From positions 7,316,001-7,380,000 of the forward strand of contig CP158635.1 of NCBI GenBank assembly GCA_050273025.1: a stretch of 64,000 bases of DNA, read 5' to 3'. The notes under the pieces are model-generated. The model was not told the DNA's origin and did no database searches. It saw only the letters and a program-made list of their open reading frames with translations. The stretch comes from Cenococcum geophilum. Taxonomy: Eukaryota. Made by a program: the position numbers and the translations under genes. Shown here piece after piece: positions 49,555 to 62,921 of the stretch (its first letter is position 1; every line of letters starts with the position of its first letter).

Positions 49555-52500
49555 TCAATCCACTTCAGCCTCAATGCCAGCATGTGCGGCAAGCTTCTCG
49601 GCAGTTCTCGAGCTCTCCATCAGCGCTTCGTCGTTGAGATCGTTTAGTTGGCGGAGAGATTCTTGCATAGCAGCAAGCTGTTAACAACGCATTAGCAAAC
49701 ATCTAGTTTTAGAAAACAGGGAGGCTAACAGTTCCAAGTACCTCTGTAGGTTTACGGACCTCATAAGACTCCGACGCTCCGTGAGTAGCCTGCCCTACCT
49801 CCCCATTGTCCTCCTCATCCTCCTCATCCTCTTCTTCATCTTCTTCGGTGACAGTGTCGATCGCTCTTGGCGTACCAACCGTAGCAGCAGCCCTTGCGAC
49901 ACGATCACCTGCTGCCAGAATACCTTCCAACCTCTTCACTTTCTCTGCCAATTGGTTTCTCTCTTTCTCTAGCTTGTCCACAACAGCGACGTGTTTACGC
50001 ACCACATCTGCCTTCATCAGCTCCAGTTCACCCTGCCAGCGCTCTCTCTCATCTTCTAGAGCCTGCTTCTCCTCTTCAAGCCGAAGATGATCTACGGTGT
50101 TGTTTTTGAGTTGTTCTCTCAGCTCGGACACAGTCACAGCATGACTAGACTCGAGTGTTTCCTTCTCATCATTATGGACAGCGAGCATCCTGGTTGCTTC
50201 TTCATACTGGCGATGTAGACTAGCGTTCTTCTCCGTTTCCTCCCCCAAGCGCTCGTCTATTTCGTTTATCTGCTTAACGAGTTCGGCCTCCTTGACGCTG
50301 AAGTCCGATACACTGGCCTCCAAGGAGTCAACCGAAGATGTGTATTTTTGGAAAAGGTCGTCGTAGGCTTTGCTATGTTCCTCCTTGAGGGATGATCTCA
50401 TTTTCTCTATCTCATCCTGTGAAGTTTTGGAAAGGGAGGCCAAGTCGGCTCTCAGTAGGTCAGCTCGCCCCTCGTGAGTTTTAGCGGTTTCCGTAGCCCC
50501 CATGTATTTTCGTTCCCAATCAGATCTCATGTTGTCAAGCTCTTCTGCATGCTTCTTTGCCGTCTTGCTCTGTTGGGCTATAAGCGTGTCATGTTTGCTC
50601 TGCAAATCTTTCAATGCTTCAGACTGGTCCTTTTCTAGAGCTTCCTTCCTTTCTAGGGCCTCCGCATGTGCCCTTCCGGCAGAGTCTTTCTGCTCCACAA
50701 GCTGATCATGCTTCGCCTGAACCTCGTCGAGCTTCGCCTGCAAAGCAATCATATTATTAGAGTGACCCTCCTTTAGCTCCTCCGTAAGCAATGCAATAGC
50801 ATCCGCATGGGCCTGGTCAGTGTCAGCAAGCTTCTCGGCGAGTGAGTCGTGCTTCTCTTGCAGGCCCGTCAATACTCTACTATGCTCGGCTTTCAGGGAA
50901 TCGGTAACGTGAGCTACAGCATCAGCATGTCCTTGCTCAGATTCGGCTTGTTTCTTTACAAGAGCACCATGTTTAGCTTGTAATTCGTCAACTACTTTTT
51001 GTTTGGACTCAAGCTTGGCCTTCAAAGCAGAGAGTTCACGTGTGTGATCTTCGGCAACTTTGTCCTTTTCTGCAACGAGCGCAACAAAGTTGCCTTGAAG
51101 TTCCGTGAAAAGCTCATTTGACTCCGTCTCCTTCCTCTCGAGATCCGCCTGTAATTTCTTGAGAGTATCCGTGTGAGTTTTTTCGGTGGCCGTTTTTTCT
51201 GCTAAAAGTGTACCGTATTTGACTTGAAGATCGTCAAATGCCTTCCTTGTATTGTCCGTTTGAGATCTTAGACTCTCGATCTCTCGGACGTGATCGTTAG
51301 CAAACTGTGCTTTTTCTGCAGCAAGGGCATCGTGTTTGGCGTCAGCAACCTTCTTCCCCTCTAAAAGAGCATCATGTTTCGTTTGAAGCTCGTCAAGTCG
51401 CTTCTTTGCATCACCCTCAAGGTCCGCACGGATGGATTCGATTTCCTGATCATGATCTTCCCCAACGGTCAGTAGGTCCTGCCTGTGTTTTTCATGAACT
51501 GTATCAAGCTTTTGCTTTGCCTCATCAAGCTCTGCCTTCATCCTCGATAGAGAAGATGAGTGTTGTTGCTCCTGTTGTTTAGAAATCTGTTCGAGTGTTT
51601 CGATTGTCTTTTTCAGTCCTTCGATTTGGGCTTTTAGCTCTTCACCTTCGGCTGCGTCCGTCGCCAGTTGGTCGTTCATTGCATCAAGCTGCTTCGACAA
51701 TTCGTCGGCTTCTTCAGTTTTAATTTTTAAGGCTTCGGATTGCGCTTTGTTGAGCTCGATAGCCTTGGTGGCTTCCTTGTGGCGCTCCTGTAGTGCGTGC
51801 ATCTGTGCGCGCAATTGGTCGGCAGATTGAGAATGTGATTGAATAACTTCATCCCGTCGGCGGAGCTCATCGGTGTGGTCTTGGTGTAGTGTCTTCAGTT
51901 TTGTTTGGAGACTATCAACGATCTGGTTCGACTCGACTTCCTTGGCCTCGTAACTCTTGGTGGCCTCCCCATGGCGCCGTTCTAGGACGTCCAGCTCTGC
52001 CTTTAACTCTTCGTGGAGGCGAGAAGAGCCATAGATTCTCTCATCTCGGGAGCGGATCTCATCGGCGTGATTCTGCTCAAGTCGACCCAACTTCGTCTGT
52101 AAATCATTGAATACCTGGCCTGCCTCAGTGTTCTGTTGCTTCAAGCCCTCAATCTCCTTTGCACGCTCTTCAATAATACGGAGATTGCTTTTCCGTCCTA
52201 ATTCAAGCTCTTGTCTTAGCGTATCAACAGCCTTTTGCAGGTCACTGGCATTTCGAACCCATTTCGACTTTTCGACTTTATATTCCTCATCCTTCTTCTC
52301 AAGCTCTGCTGAAAGCTGATCAAGGACCTGCTGAAGCTCAGTTGAATGCTCTGCTTCTTGCTCAGCTGTCTTACTGACCTCTTGTTTTTTGGCCTTAGTC
52401 TCAGCAAGTTCGACCTCAAGTTTCTCCTTCTTCTCTCGAAGGTCTTCTGCCTCGAAGGAAAACTTCTTCTCCATCTGATCCATGAAAGACGAGTGTTCTG

Positions 52501-53766
52501 CTCTTGAAGTATCGTTAGAGCTTTGTGTCTCAGATAGTTTCTTATCCTTCTCGGCTAGCAAACTTTCCTTCTCAGCCAACAGTTTCTTGAGCTGGGTCTT
52601 CTCATTTGAGATGTTGATATTTTCTTGTTTGAGGTTTTTTAATTCCTCTTGAAGTATTTCTCTAGCCCTAGTCTCTTTTAAGAAGTCTTGCATAATGGCT
52701 GCGTCCGTCCTACGATTTTCGAGATCGGCTTCAGTTACCGAGCCACTCGGTACAGTGTCAGGTCTGGAAATATCTCGAGGGAGGTCCGAAGGGCTGGATT
52801 TTGTTGGCGAGAAAGGCGTCTTGGAGAGGTTGATTTCTGCGTCTGATGTAGACTTCTCCTTCAAGGAATTGGGTTTTAAGAGCGGGCTTGGTAGAGAGTG
52901 TCTCCTAATGAGGGCGTTAGTAAAGAACCACTCAAGATGCAGTGAAACATCCAATAAGCTACATACCCTTTATCCAAAGTAGCGCTGCTAGCAGCCGTTG
53001 TGATGGGGGCAATTGAAGAGATTGACGGCTTCTTCGCATGTCCAAGCGTGCTCTTTGCGGTAGTGGTGGTGGGCGCCTTGGTGGATGTTGCAGGGCGTGT
53101 CGCTGCTGGCTTAGTTCCTGATGCGAGAGAAGCTCGAGGGGCTATCCGAGTCGCTGAGGTGTCTGCACTAGTACGTGATGTAGTCGTGGGCCGTTTGGGA
53201 GCAGCTGCTGTACTCGATGGTGTGATAGTGGAGCGTCGTTCGGCGGTTGAGGCAACCCCCGAAGGTGAAGACCTTGATGCCGTGGAGGACGACAAGGTTG
53301 ACATCCGTCTTGTCTGGCCATTGACTCCTAGCTTCTTGTTCTCATCGCCTGAGGTGAGGGATGAGAGATCATACTCCTGGTCTGATGTAGTACTTTTCGA
53401 GGTCGAGGTGAGGTCAGTGCGCCGGGTTCCCATGGCGGGCGCGGGGCGAGTAGGTGGTTTGTTCAGGCTAGATCCTAGTGCAGAAGACCTTGTACTGGAG
53501 GCAGCGAGAGGTTTTGTAGTGGTAGTCGAAGGTCGAGTGGTGGTTGTGGCTGGCCGTTTAGCAGCCGCTCCAGTTGTGGCTGTAGATAGGGGCCGACGTG
53601 GAGCAGCATGGTCACCCTTTGATGCAGCTGTAGACGCCGAAGACAACTTCTTCTTCCTCGGTGGAGTGGTTGTCTCAGGCTGCGGATGGGCTGTCGGAGT
53701 TTCGGAGGTGGTTGATGGTGCAGCTTCACTGGTTTCTGACGGTGGCGGAGCTGTAATTTCTGTCAT
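49555..53766 (-). CDS. Large coiled-coil protein with Ser/Thr/Pro-rich basic N-terminus (3 exons), function unknown
   Basis: Exon 1 53766-52967; intron 52966-52905 (GTATGT..CTAAC..TAG); long E/K/L heptad-rich exon; last intron about 49730-49678; final exon LAAMQESLRQLNDLN...VD*. Confidence 0.8.
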
Positions 53767-55119
53767 GTTGGTGAATCTGTAGTCGCCCAACTCCGGATGA
53801 AATGACAAAGGAGAATGGCGAAAGGAGAGGAATGTATAGGCTGTATAGGGTCGATGTATTGAGTTGCAAACTTGGTGTTGGGTTGGGATGGGGAGGTGCT
53901 GTCGTGAAGGTTTGCGGGGGGGGGCAGCTTTTCCATTGGAACACGTTCAGACGCGCGCGCTGTCATGCAGGGCCCAAGCTCCTGCTAGGCCTTCGTATCA
54001 GCGACCACACCTGCCCACCATGCCCCACGCTACCTGTATAATGCCCGTATGAGTGGACTATTGAAGCTTGCACAGGGACCGAATGCGGAGCAAGTGAGGA
54101 GGCTGTGTCGGACTCAATTCACGAATGGGCCATCATCATCCGATGAGAAGACCTGTCCGCTCTTCGCAGCCCTGGACATGGTGGGGCATGTTAATTCGAC
54201 GATATTGTAGTTCTTGTGTTGCCTGACTGATCCATCTCTGACAATTGGAAAGGTAGTGAAGACGCCGCAATACCTATCGCACACGTGCATCCTGGCTGGC
54301 AGAGACAGCTTGCCTCTGCGTGTCCAACTCCCTGTTTCATACAAAGGTTTACATGTGGTTACGGAAATCTTCGCTAGCCCAATCATTCCAGATTGTGTAA
54401 TGGAATCCATGCCATACAAACCTGATCTTAAAACATGTCATGAGCACCAATCCACAACCAATGACTGCTTCAAGATCTCGCACCCCCAGCAGTCAATGCG
54501 GCAGCGGCCTTGTTAAAAATTCCAGTCAAAAACCCTAGACTGGGGTGAAATACAGCAATATTCCTCTACCTACGTCACTCCAATAATTGCCACTTCTAGC
54601 TATTTCAGTGCTAAATAAAAAGTTATGTTTATTTCTGCGAGGAACCGCTCATGTGTGGGCCCATTGAAGATGGGTTGATTAAAAATACCACCGGAATTAT
54701 TATATTAGGAGGTACACCAGTAAAGCATCATTATCAGCTATGGTTGGGTTCAGCTGGGTCTGGGGCCTGAGCCTCGGGGGTTAACGCTGGTGTTGGCGTT
54801 GGTAACGGTGGATCGCATTGATTGGATGCGAGGCAAAAGGACAGCTCTCGGGGGTACAATATTCTTTTAGGAATCTTTAGGGCCTTTGTTGGAGCTGCAG
54901 TATATCAACTAGGCTGCGGAGCCGTTTAGCTGTATATACCCTTGGTGAGGTTGTATGGGAGGTAGAGCGAATGAAGTAAGTGAAGCGACTCAAACTGTAA
55001 GGTAGGCGGACCACTATTCAGGAGAAACTGTTATTTTATTGACGGGTATCTTTCTATCTAGTTATTGGTAATAATAAATTATACGACCTAGGTTCAAGAG
55101 AGATTTTACTCCAGAAGTT

Positions 55120-56701
55120 TCAATCTACAGGGGCAAATGTTGATTTCTTCCTCAGCGCCAAACCATATTTCAAGAATAGAAAGGGCACCGGAATGGCCAC
55201 AACGGCAACACCACCTAGGATTGACATAGCAGGCCCAACTCCTAGACTATGGAACATCGGTTTAGCCGCTAAAGGCAGCCCCGCCGCCATAATACTCCGC
55301 AAAAAAGTATTGGCAGAGACAGCGCTAGCAGCGTATAGACCGTATGTATCAACGAGAAAATTGATACATTGTTGGAAAATTAGGTTGAAGCCACCGCCGA
55401 TGAAACCGGTCGCTATTGTAGGAATAGCCCAATGGAATTTTGGATCCGCAGACCAGCCGAACCAGAACAAGCCGATAGGAAAGAGGAAGCTACCAACAAT
55501 CATGGGTGGTAATCTAGCTTCTGGCACAGGCTTGCCCTTTGCCGCGTCCGCAATTCTCCGATAGCGTGGTTCGTTTGCTAGATTGATGCCTACGGCCCCA
55601 AGTATTCCAATGAAAAGGCCCAGGAAGGGTAGAGATGCGACCATTTGGCCATAGCCGCGTTCCTCTTGAAAGACGATCGGGAAAACTTCCAGAGTCATGT
55701 AGAGCAATGCGAAGACGAACGATGCATAGAACGCAATACATGTCACCATGGGTTCCGTTGTAAGCATACGAAGAGGTCTTGTGAAATGCTTTGTGATGAT
55801 GCTCTTGGGATCAAGCTTCATACGTTCGTGAGGGTGGAAGAAGTTTTTGTTTCCAGTCTCTTCGCGTAATCGTTTGGCTTTCTTTTTGAGAAGCACTGGT
55901 CCATATACCTCTGGAATAGCGAAGACAGTTAACCCGAATACGGCAAAAACAAAGATCGCCTCGATATACTCTGTCCAGCGCCATCCAAGCGTGGGGTTGA
56001 CTAAGATTGCTGATCCAATGACGGGCCCTAAGGTTGGCCCGCCTACAACCATCACGGCGTAAAATGTTACAGCAATACCGCGAGCCTGAGCCATCCAAAT
56101 GTCACCAAGGGCGGCGGAAACGTTACTGACTGGAGCAGATCCGAAAATGCCTCCAAAGAAGCGGGTGATAAACACCGATGCAGCGTTCTTGCTAGTTGCA
56201 GTTCCTATTGAGAAGAGACCTAGACAAAATACGGCAGGGAGCAAGCTCCATCTACGTCCCCATATTTCCGAAATAGGCGCCCAGCACAGCGGCCCGAGAG
56301 CGAAGCCAACACTATTTTGCCGCCGTTTAGTGATGCTTCCCAATGATGGAGGTATATTGCAGAACTTACACGTATAAAGAGACTGAGAGGACGGAAACTT
56401 CGCTACTGACGCCTAAATATGCTGCAATGGCGTCCCCCGCGGGTGATGTGATGCTTGATCCAAGGCTGGCAGCCAATGCTAGCATTCCTAACTGGAAAGT
56501 AATCCAGCATTTGTATGTTACTGACCAATTTCGTGGGTTCTCTGGATCGTCCGCATCCCATTTCACGAGATTTGGATCCTCGGAGGACTGGGTCCTGTCC
56601 TCTAGTTCTGGTCGGTTCTTGTTATCATGCGGAATTGCGCCACACTCCTTCTCCGGGCCTTGCTCCATGGAGAGCCTGGAAGATGAGGTGCGTCCAGACA
56701 T
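55120..56701 (-). CDS. MFS drug:H+ antiporter, DHA1 (12-TM) family
   Basis: WDADDPENPRNWS, GPLCWAPISEIWGRR, LGWRW, PEVYGP, PEARLPP; intron 56369-56312. Confidence 0.93.
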
Positions 56702-57378
56702 AGGAATTCAGAGACTCGCGATGCGCAAGAAGAAGAAGAGTACATTGTGAGCGAGGTGGAGAAAGATTGAAGTAAAAGGAATTAGTTACGGCAAAACGGC
56801 ATCTGGACAATGTTTAGTCGGTGACAATGTCTCTTACATGGCGGAAGCATCAAGCCGGCCGCTTGGCTAGCGGATAAGTGACTTTTCCGCATGGGGTAAA
56901 CACATGGGCGTATGGCCGCCCTAGTGGGCCAATAGTACGCGCGCATCCGCGGTTGAATGAGCAAGAGGGTGCAAGATTCGAGTAAATCTATGGCTTGGCC
57001 GCAGGTGGCGACATGGATATTCGCAAATATCGGCAAGACTCAGCGGGCACCCCAAGCCTCATGCAGGGTAAGATTCAGCGCCTTGCCCATTCGGGCAGGT
57101 CTTCCAAAAAAACGGTCTATTGCAGGATTGCCCATTGGCGGGTAACTATACTTTCTGTCACACAGGAACGCAGGTGTAACGAAAATGTGTAGAGTCCTAT
57201 ATCCCTGAACTCGTTGAGGCGCAACGCCAAGCTGGCTCGTGCATGAACACTGGTATCAGATGTACAAATAATAGCCTCTTATTGGCTGGATCCCTATCGA
57301 TATCGTTGCGCCAGAATCAACAGATCAAGGGATACTAGCGAGGCTATCACGTGATCACAGAAGCTCCTGTGCTCTGGG

Positions 57379-58970
57379 TTGACTCAGCATGCTCAGACCA
57401 AGAAACCGATGAATATCCGCTGCGCGGATAATCGAATATCCGCAAGCTAACCTATTCGATCGATCCATCTGTTTCTTGGTCTGAGCCACTTTGGCAGGCT
57501 TTTGGAAGCTGAGCCGCTCTGTTTGTATAAGGCAAACCATTAACTTTAACGAAATTAATGTAAGCAACCGCCACGTCTATTATCCTGTAAATACCTGCGT
57601 TAGAATTGCCTTAATCAGCTCTCTAATCGATGGATTTTCTAGAACTAACTACCAGCCATAGGTGCTCCAAAAGGCGTCGAAGAAACCCCTTTATTACGGC
57701 TCTGCAACGGCTCTACCACAGCTCTACTATCGCCTATATATAGTCGCCCATACAATCGTCTATACAAACGGCTTTACATCGTCTCTACGAACGGCTTTGC
57801 ATCACCTTTATGAACGGCTTTATGAACGGCTCTATGAACGGCTCTGCAACGGCTTTGCAACGGCTCTACAATAACTCTGCAATGGCTCTGCAACGACTCT
57901 GCAACGGCTCTATAAATAGCTCTGCTCTATAAACGGCTTTATGAACGGCTCTGCATGGCTTTGCGACGGCTTTATAAACGGCTCTGCAACGGCTTTATAA
58001 ACGGCTCTGCAACGGCTTTGCAACGGCTCTGCAACGGCTCTGCAACGGCTCTACAAATGACTCTGCAACAGCTCTACAAGCAGCTTTATGAACGGCTCTG
58101 CATGGCTCTACAACGGCTTTATAAACGGCTCTGCAATGGCTTTACAACGGCTCTACAACGGCTCCGCTAAATAAGTAGACCATTTATAGAGCCGTTATAG
58201 AGCCGTTACAGAGCCGTTTATAGAGCTGTTGCAGAGCCGTTTATAAAGCCGTTTGTAGAACAGAGCCATTTGTAGAGCCGTTGCAGAGCCGTTGCAGGGT
58301 TGTTGTAGAGCCGTTGCAAAGCCGTTGCAGAGCCGTTTATAGAGCCGTTGCAGAGCCATGCAGAGCCGTTTATAAAGCCGTTTATAGAGCTATTGCAGAG
58401 CCATTACAGAGCCATTGTAGAGCCATTATAGAGCGATTTATAAAGCCGTTATGGAGCCGTTATAGAGCCGTTATAGAGCCGTTACAGAGCCGTTGCAGAG
58501 CCAGTCTTAAGCTTTTAATAATAAACTACCCTCTTTATTAACTAATACTACTAAAGGTAAAGAGGGCTTAAATAGATTTTAATGGGTTTCAATAGATATA
58601 GTAGATAGAGGGTGGGTGGTTGAGGTTGATATATTATTAGTGCGGATATTGCTAATTATACACTTTGGCAAACTATGTTATGGCTATTTTAAAATTAATG
58701 TCAGGAACGGGAAGGCAGGGAGGCTTCTTATGTAGACCATTTGATTCGCTAGAGCTTAGTGTATAATTAATGGATTTTTGAAGCTGCCCAAACTTGTCGT
58801 AAGAATAAGATGTGAATATCTATAATATTAGCTATGCGGATATGCCGACCTGCTTTACAAACGTTGGCCAAAGTGTCTCAGACCACACAGGGACAGATGG
58901 CCTAAACTGGTTTAGTGCCATCGGGCCGGATTTATCCGGCGTCCCATGTGGTCTGAGCATGCTGAGACAA
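57379..58970. mobile_element. Non-autonomous DNA element 2 (same family as element 1, inverted), 9-bp TSD, hairpin termini
   Basis: TGCTCTGGG at 57370-57378 and 58971-58979; 22-bp TIR TTG(A/T)CTCAGCATGCTCAGACCA; terminal stems 57392-57406/57471-57485 and 58877-58887/58947-58957. Confidence 0.88.
57695..58502. repeat. 11-bp minisatellite (AACGGCTCTGC)n that switches to its reverse complement (GCAGAGCCGTT)n near 58175
   Basis: Read directly from the sequence. Confidence 0.92.
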
Positions 58971-60077
58971 TGCTCTGGGCACGACCGGCTTCACTCCCTC
59001 TCTGGCGAAATTTAAATTCACCATGCGCATATAATTTCGCCAACTGTACAAAGTAATTGTAGCGAACGGCTGTTGCTGCACGCAATCACTGTTTTGGTTG
59101 CCTGGAGAATTGTCTTGTTTGGCCAGGAGAATCGAATTTAGAACTTGCCTGACGTACGCTTCCTCTTCCCCCCTTTTGCCTACGCCTCCGTTCGTGGAAT
59201 TATCCCTTGCAAACGTTGACTCGTGTCTTATTCTTATCGATAAGCTACTCGATCGTTAGGATCTTAGAGCCGTGATGAGGAATGGCTATGAAAGTCTGAC
59301 AAAGGGCTCGAATTTGGGCAGCTGCCAAGACTCCGCAGATAGTTCTTTTGCTCACGAGTTGGAGGAACGACGTATTTGGTAGGTTGGACGATATCAGTAT
59401 CAAGAAAGGCACGATTAGACGGCATGGTGGTTGATTAATTGATGATTAAATTAATCTATATTATCTGCGAAGCTTCTGCGCAGCTCTGGGATAACACCCA
59501 AAATGCGAATACAACACTGCCTCTGTAGTAGCCGATAAAGTTTGGCAATGTCCTACAGTATAAGTGGAAACCTCACGATATTTGACAAAGATCAGGCCGA
59601 TCGCGAAGTTCTTACTGCCAAGCATAGGCGTTCGCTACGATTGTTATGTACAGCTGGTGGCAATCAGGCGAAGCTGAATGTGTACCGAATTCGAAACTTG
59701 CCGAAGGGAGGTGAAGCTAGTCATGCCCAGAGTTGTATTATCCACGAAACCCGATTTAGTGAGAGGCTGACGTGCAGAAGTAGACTTCTAAATTCTTAGC
59801 TTTAAGAGGAAGCAGCTCGTGGATAAGGGACAGGGATGCTACGTACTCACGGCATTACAGATGAGGGGCACCTAAGGTCAAAGCTCGATAAATACCAAGT
59901 AGCGCAGACGACAGAATCTACAGGGAAACATAAGACCCCCACAGCACAACACCATCACCGCTTTAATTAGTAATTCCGCCAGCTTTAATTCTACAGAACA
60001 TTTGGCTGTGAACTGTGTATTCCAGTAAGCCTAGCGGTTCCTCTTGTTGACACACGTCAACCCCTCCCACCCGCAAG

Positions 60078-61888
60078 ATGTCTACCACCGAAGACGAGGA
60101 GCATCAAGCTTCATCGGAGCCCACCGAGCAAAGCCCTCTACTACCAGACCGAGACCAGCTAGCGGGGGATGGCACAATTTCGCGGCAGGGAGAGGGCAAC
60201 GACGATGACGATAATATTCCTCTGGTAGAAGAACCAAGTACAGGTCAAGCTGTCATAACTCTCGGTAGTATATGGGTGGGTGTGTTTCTTGCGGCATTAG
60301 GTATGTAATTCAGACTTCAAAACTCCAAAGCATTATTAGGACTGTGCTGAATTATAGCGGTTAGATTCAACCATAATTGCAACACTGTCTGCGCCAATCT
60401 CAACTACCTTCAACTCCTTCACGCTACTATCATGGCTTGCCTCAGCCTACCTCATCGCCAATGCAGCCTTGCAACCCCTTAGTGGACGCCTTACGGATAT
60501 ATTTGGTAGAAGGACTGGCCTAGTGTTTTCGAATATTTTCTTCGCGGCGGGAAATCTCATATGTGGGCTCGCTAAGGACGAATGGGTTATGATCCTAGGG
60601 CGGGTGGTTGCGGGCATGGGTGGCGGGTAAGTGGATTGGGGACAGAACCATCCAGATAGAGGGTGAATAGCACATTTTGGCGCTAGGGTATGAGCTAACG
60701 TCATGTAGAGGCCTTACCGCTATATCAACCTTTGTGACAACAGACATCATACCTCTCCGGAATCGCGGTCTCTGGCAAGGCTTTGGAAACATATGCTTTG
60801 GCCTTGGTATGGGCTTAGGAGGAGTATTTGGAGGTTGGATAAATGACGTCTGGGGATGGCGAAATGCTTTCTTAATCCAGGTTCCCTTGACTGTTTTATC
60901 CTGCGTTTTGGTTATCCTCATGGTCAAAATCCCTGTAAGAGAGAAAAACATCTCTCGAATCAGGCGTGTTGACTTTCTGGGAGCGGTTACATTGGTCCTA
61001 ACGCTTGTCCTCCTCCTGCTCGGCCTAAATTCAGGGGGTAATATAGTTCCATGGACACACCCCCTGGTGCTTGTCTCTCTCCCCCTCTCCGGAGCTTTCC
61101 TTCTCGTTTTTATCTTCGTCGAAGCCCGCATAGCCTCCGAACCGGTAATTCCCGTCCGCCTTCTTCTCGACCGTACAGTCCTCTGCGGCTGCCTAACAAA
61201 CTGGTTTGGTACGATATCATTCTTCGCTCTCCTCTACTACGGCCCCATATACTTCCAAGTCCGCGGCCTCTCCAGCACCCAAGCTGGGGCACGTCTCATC
61301 CCTCTATCAATTGGCGCTGCGCTGGGCTCCTTAGGAGTTGGAATAATCACTAGAATCACCGGCCGCTACTACATCCTTACCGCGGTTATCGAAGGCATAC
61401 TAGTCCTCGCCTTCGCGCTAGTAGCCGGCACATTCAATATAAACACGCCAGCCATCCCACCGCTTGTCTACTTCCTCCTGGCTGGGACCGGATACGGCGG
61501 TATGCTAACCACGACGCTCCTCGGCCTCATCTCCGCCGTCGACCACAAGCATCAAGCTGTCATCACTTCGGCCTCGTACGCGTTCCGCTCTACTGGCGGT
61601 ACTATCGGCATTACCATCGCCAGCGCTGTCTTCCAGAACGTGCTGAAAGACCAACTGTGGCAGAAGTTTGGGAGTAAAAAGGGCGCTGCGAATGAGATAT
61701 CGAGAATTAGAGATAGTATTGATGAAATCAACCATCTACCTCCAGGGTGGAAGGATGGTGTGTTGGAAAGCTATATGGGCGCGCTGAGAGGGGTTTGGTT
61801 GGTGACGTTGGGGATTGGGATTTTGGGATTACTGGTTAGCTTGGGTATGAGGGAGCACGTTTTGCACAGGAACTTGGCGAGGAAGTGA
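60078..61888 (+). CDS. MFS transporter, DHA2 (14-TM, Vba-like) family, 3 exons
   Basis: EQSPLL N-terminus, FLAALDSTIIATL, QPLSGRLTDIFGRR, DIIPLRNRGLWQG, GWRNAF, RVDFLG, FRSTGGTIG; introns about 60302-60364 and 60627-60709. Confidence 0.93.
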
Positions 61889-62921
61889 TTAGGAGAGCCT
61901 GCAAGCATCTCTAGTCTACTATAGAATGGGAAGAGCCAGGCGTTGAAAACGAAGCATACAGAGTTGTTTCGGCAAGTCGGGGATTAATTAGTTCGGTCAG
62001 ACTAAAAACTGGACCCAACGCCAACGAAATTCATTTCACATAAGCTTGCCCTTGAATAGTTAGCTGTTCTGCAGACGCATACGATCCCCACCACGCCTCC
62101 TGCCCTTCACCGCTATTCCTATTCCCTTCAAGGGAAAGCTCCAAAATACAAAAGGAGGAACAAAAAACATACAACAGCTGGGATTCGCTAATGGTCACCC
62201 ACTTAACTACTGATCAGCCGGTTACTAGCTTAAATAGGGCGGAGCGGACGGGACGCCTTGATCTCTAGTACCTATGGTCGTATGTAGGAGAAAGCTGAGA
62301 AGACAAATTTGATATAGGCAAAGTAAAGGAAATAGGAAGCAAGCAGGGACGGTAATTTCGCTCATTGGCATGCCAAGGAATTTTGGTTTTGGGTGCTTTA
62401 TTACGTGGCTAGATGGCCCACTTCGGGATGAGTTGGTAGAACTCCGGTAAGGGGACACCCCTTCATTCAATTTCTCACTTGAATTCTACTTTCACTATTG
62501 CTCTATTATTACTATTAACCCCTTGACTTATTCTTCAGTTAAATATGGAGAATGTAAAGCATCCTGCAGGCCGCTATATCTCGCTAATTTAGTAATTATA
62601 TGCTGCTATTTTTATTGTAGCTGCTCTACCACCGTCATGGCAGCAGCAACGATAGAACAGTGGCGAGTAAGTCATATTTATATTATTTTTAACCTTTCAA
62701 GGGGGGAGAACTAAACTTAATTCTAGGGGGTGTCCACATATCAATCATGGGGTGGCCCTTTACCGGAGCCCTTTAAGTATGGGCCCTTGACTAGCACTCA
62801 TCAATGATTCAATGGAAACAATTCAATTTCCATTGTGATCTTTATTATCCTACCCACCAAACGCCATCAATGCACCACGTAGTGTTGTAGTTCTACAATA
62901 TGAACGCCGTGAGACCTCCGC

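Noticed and set aside
53000..53782. 260-aa plus-strand ORF and the other antisense ORFs over real genes
   Set aside because: Shadows of low-complexity or GC-rich coding sequence on the opposite strand.
57662..58541. Short repetitive ORFs, or a CRISPR-like or telomeric array
   Set aside because: Contiguous 11-bp units with no unique spacers and not TTAGGG; eukaryotic context with no cas genes.
41521..61888. Secondary-metabolite cluster (methyltransferase, P450, two MFS transporters)
   Set aside because: No PKS, NRPS or terpene synthase backbone and no cluster transcription factor in the window; the genes are interspersed with unrelated ones.
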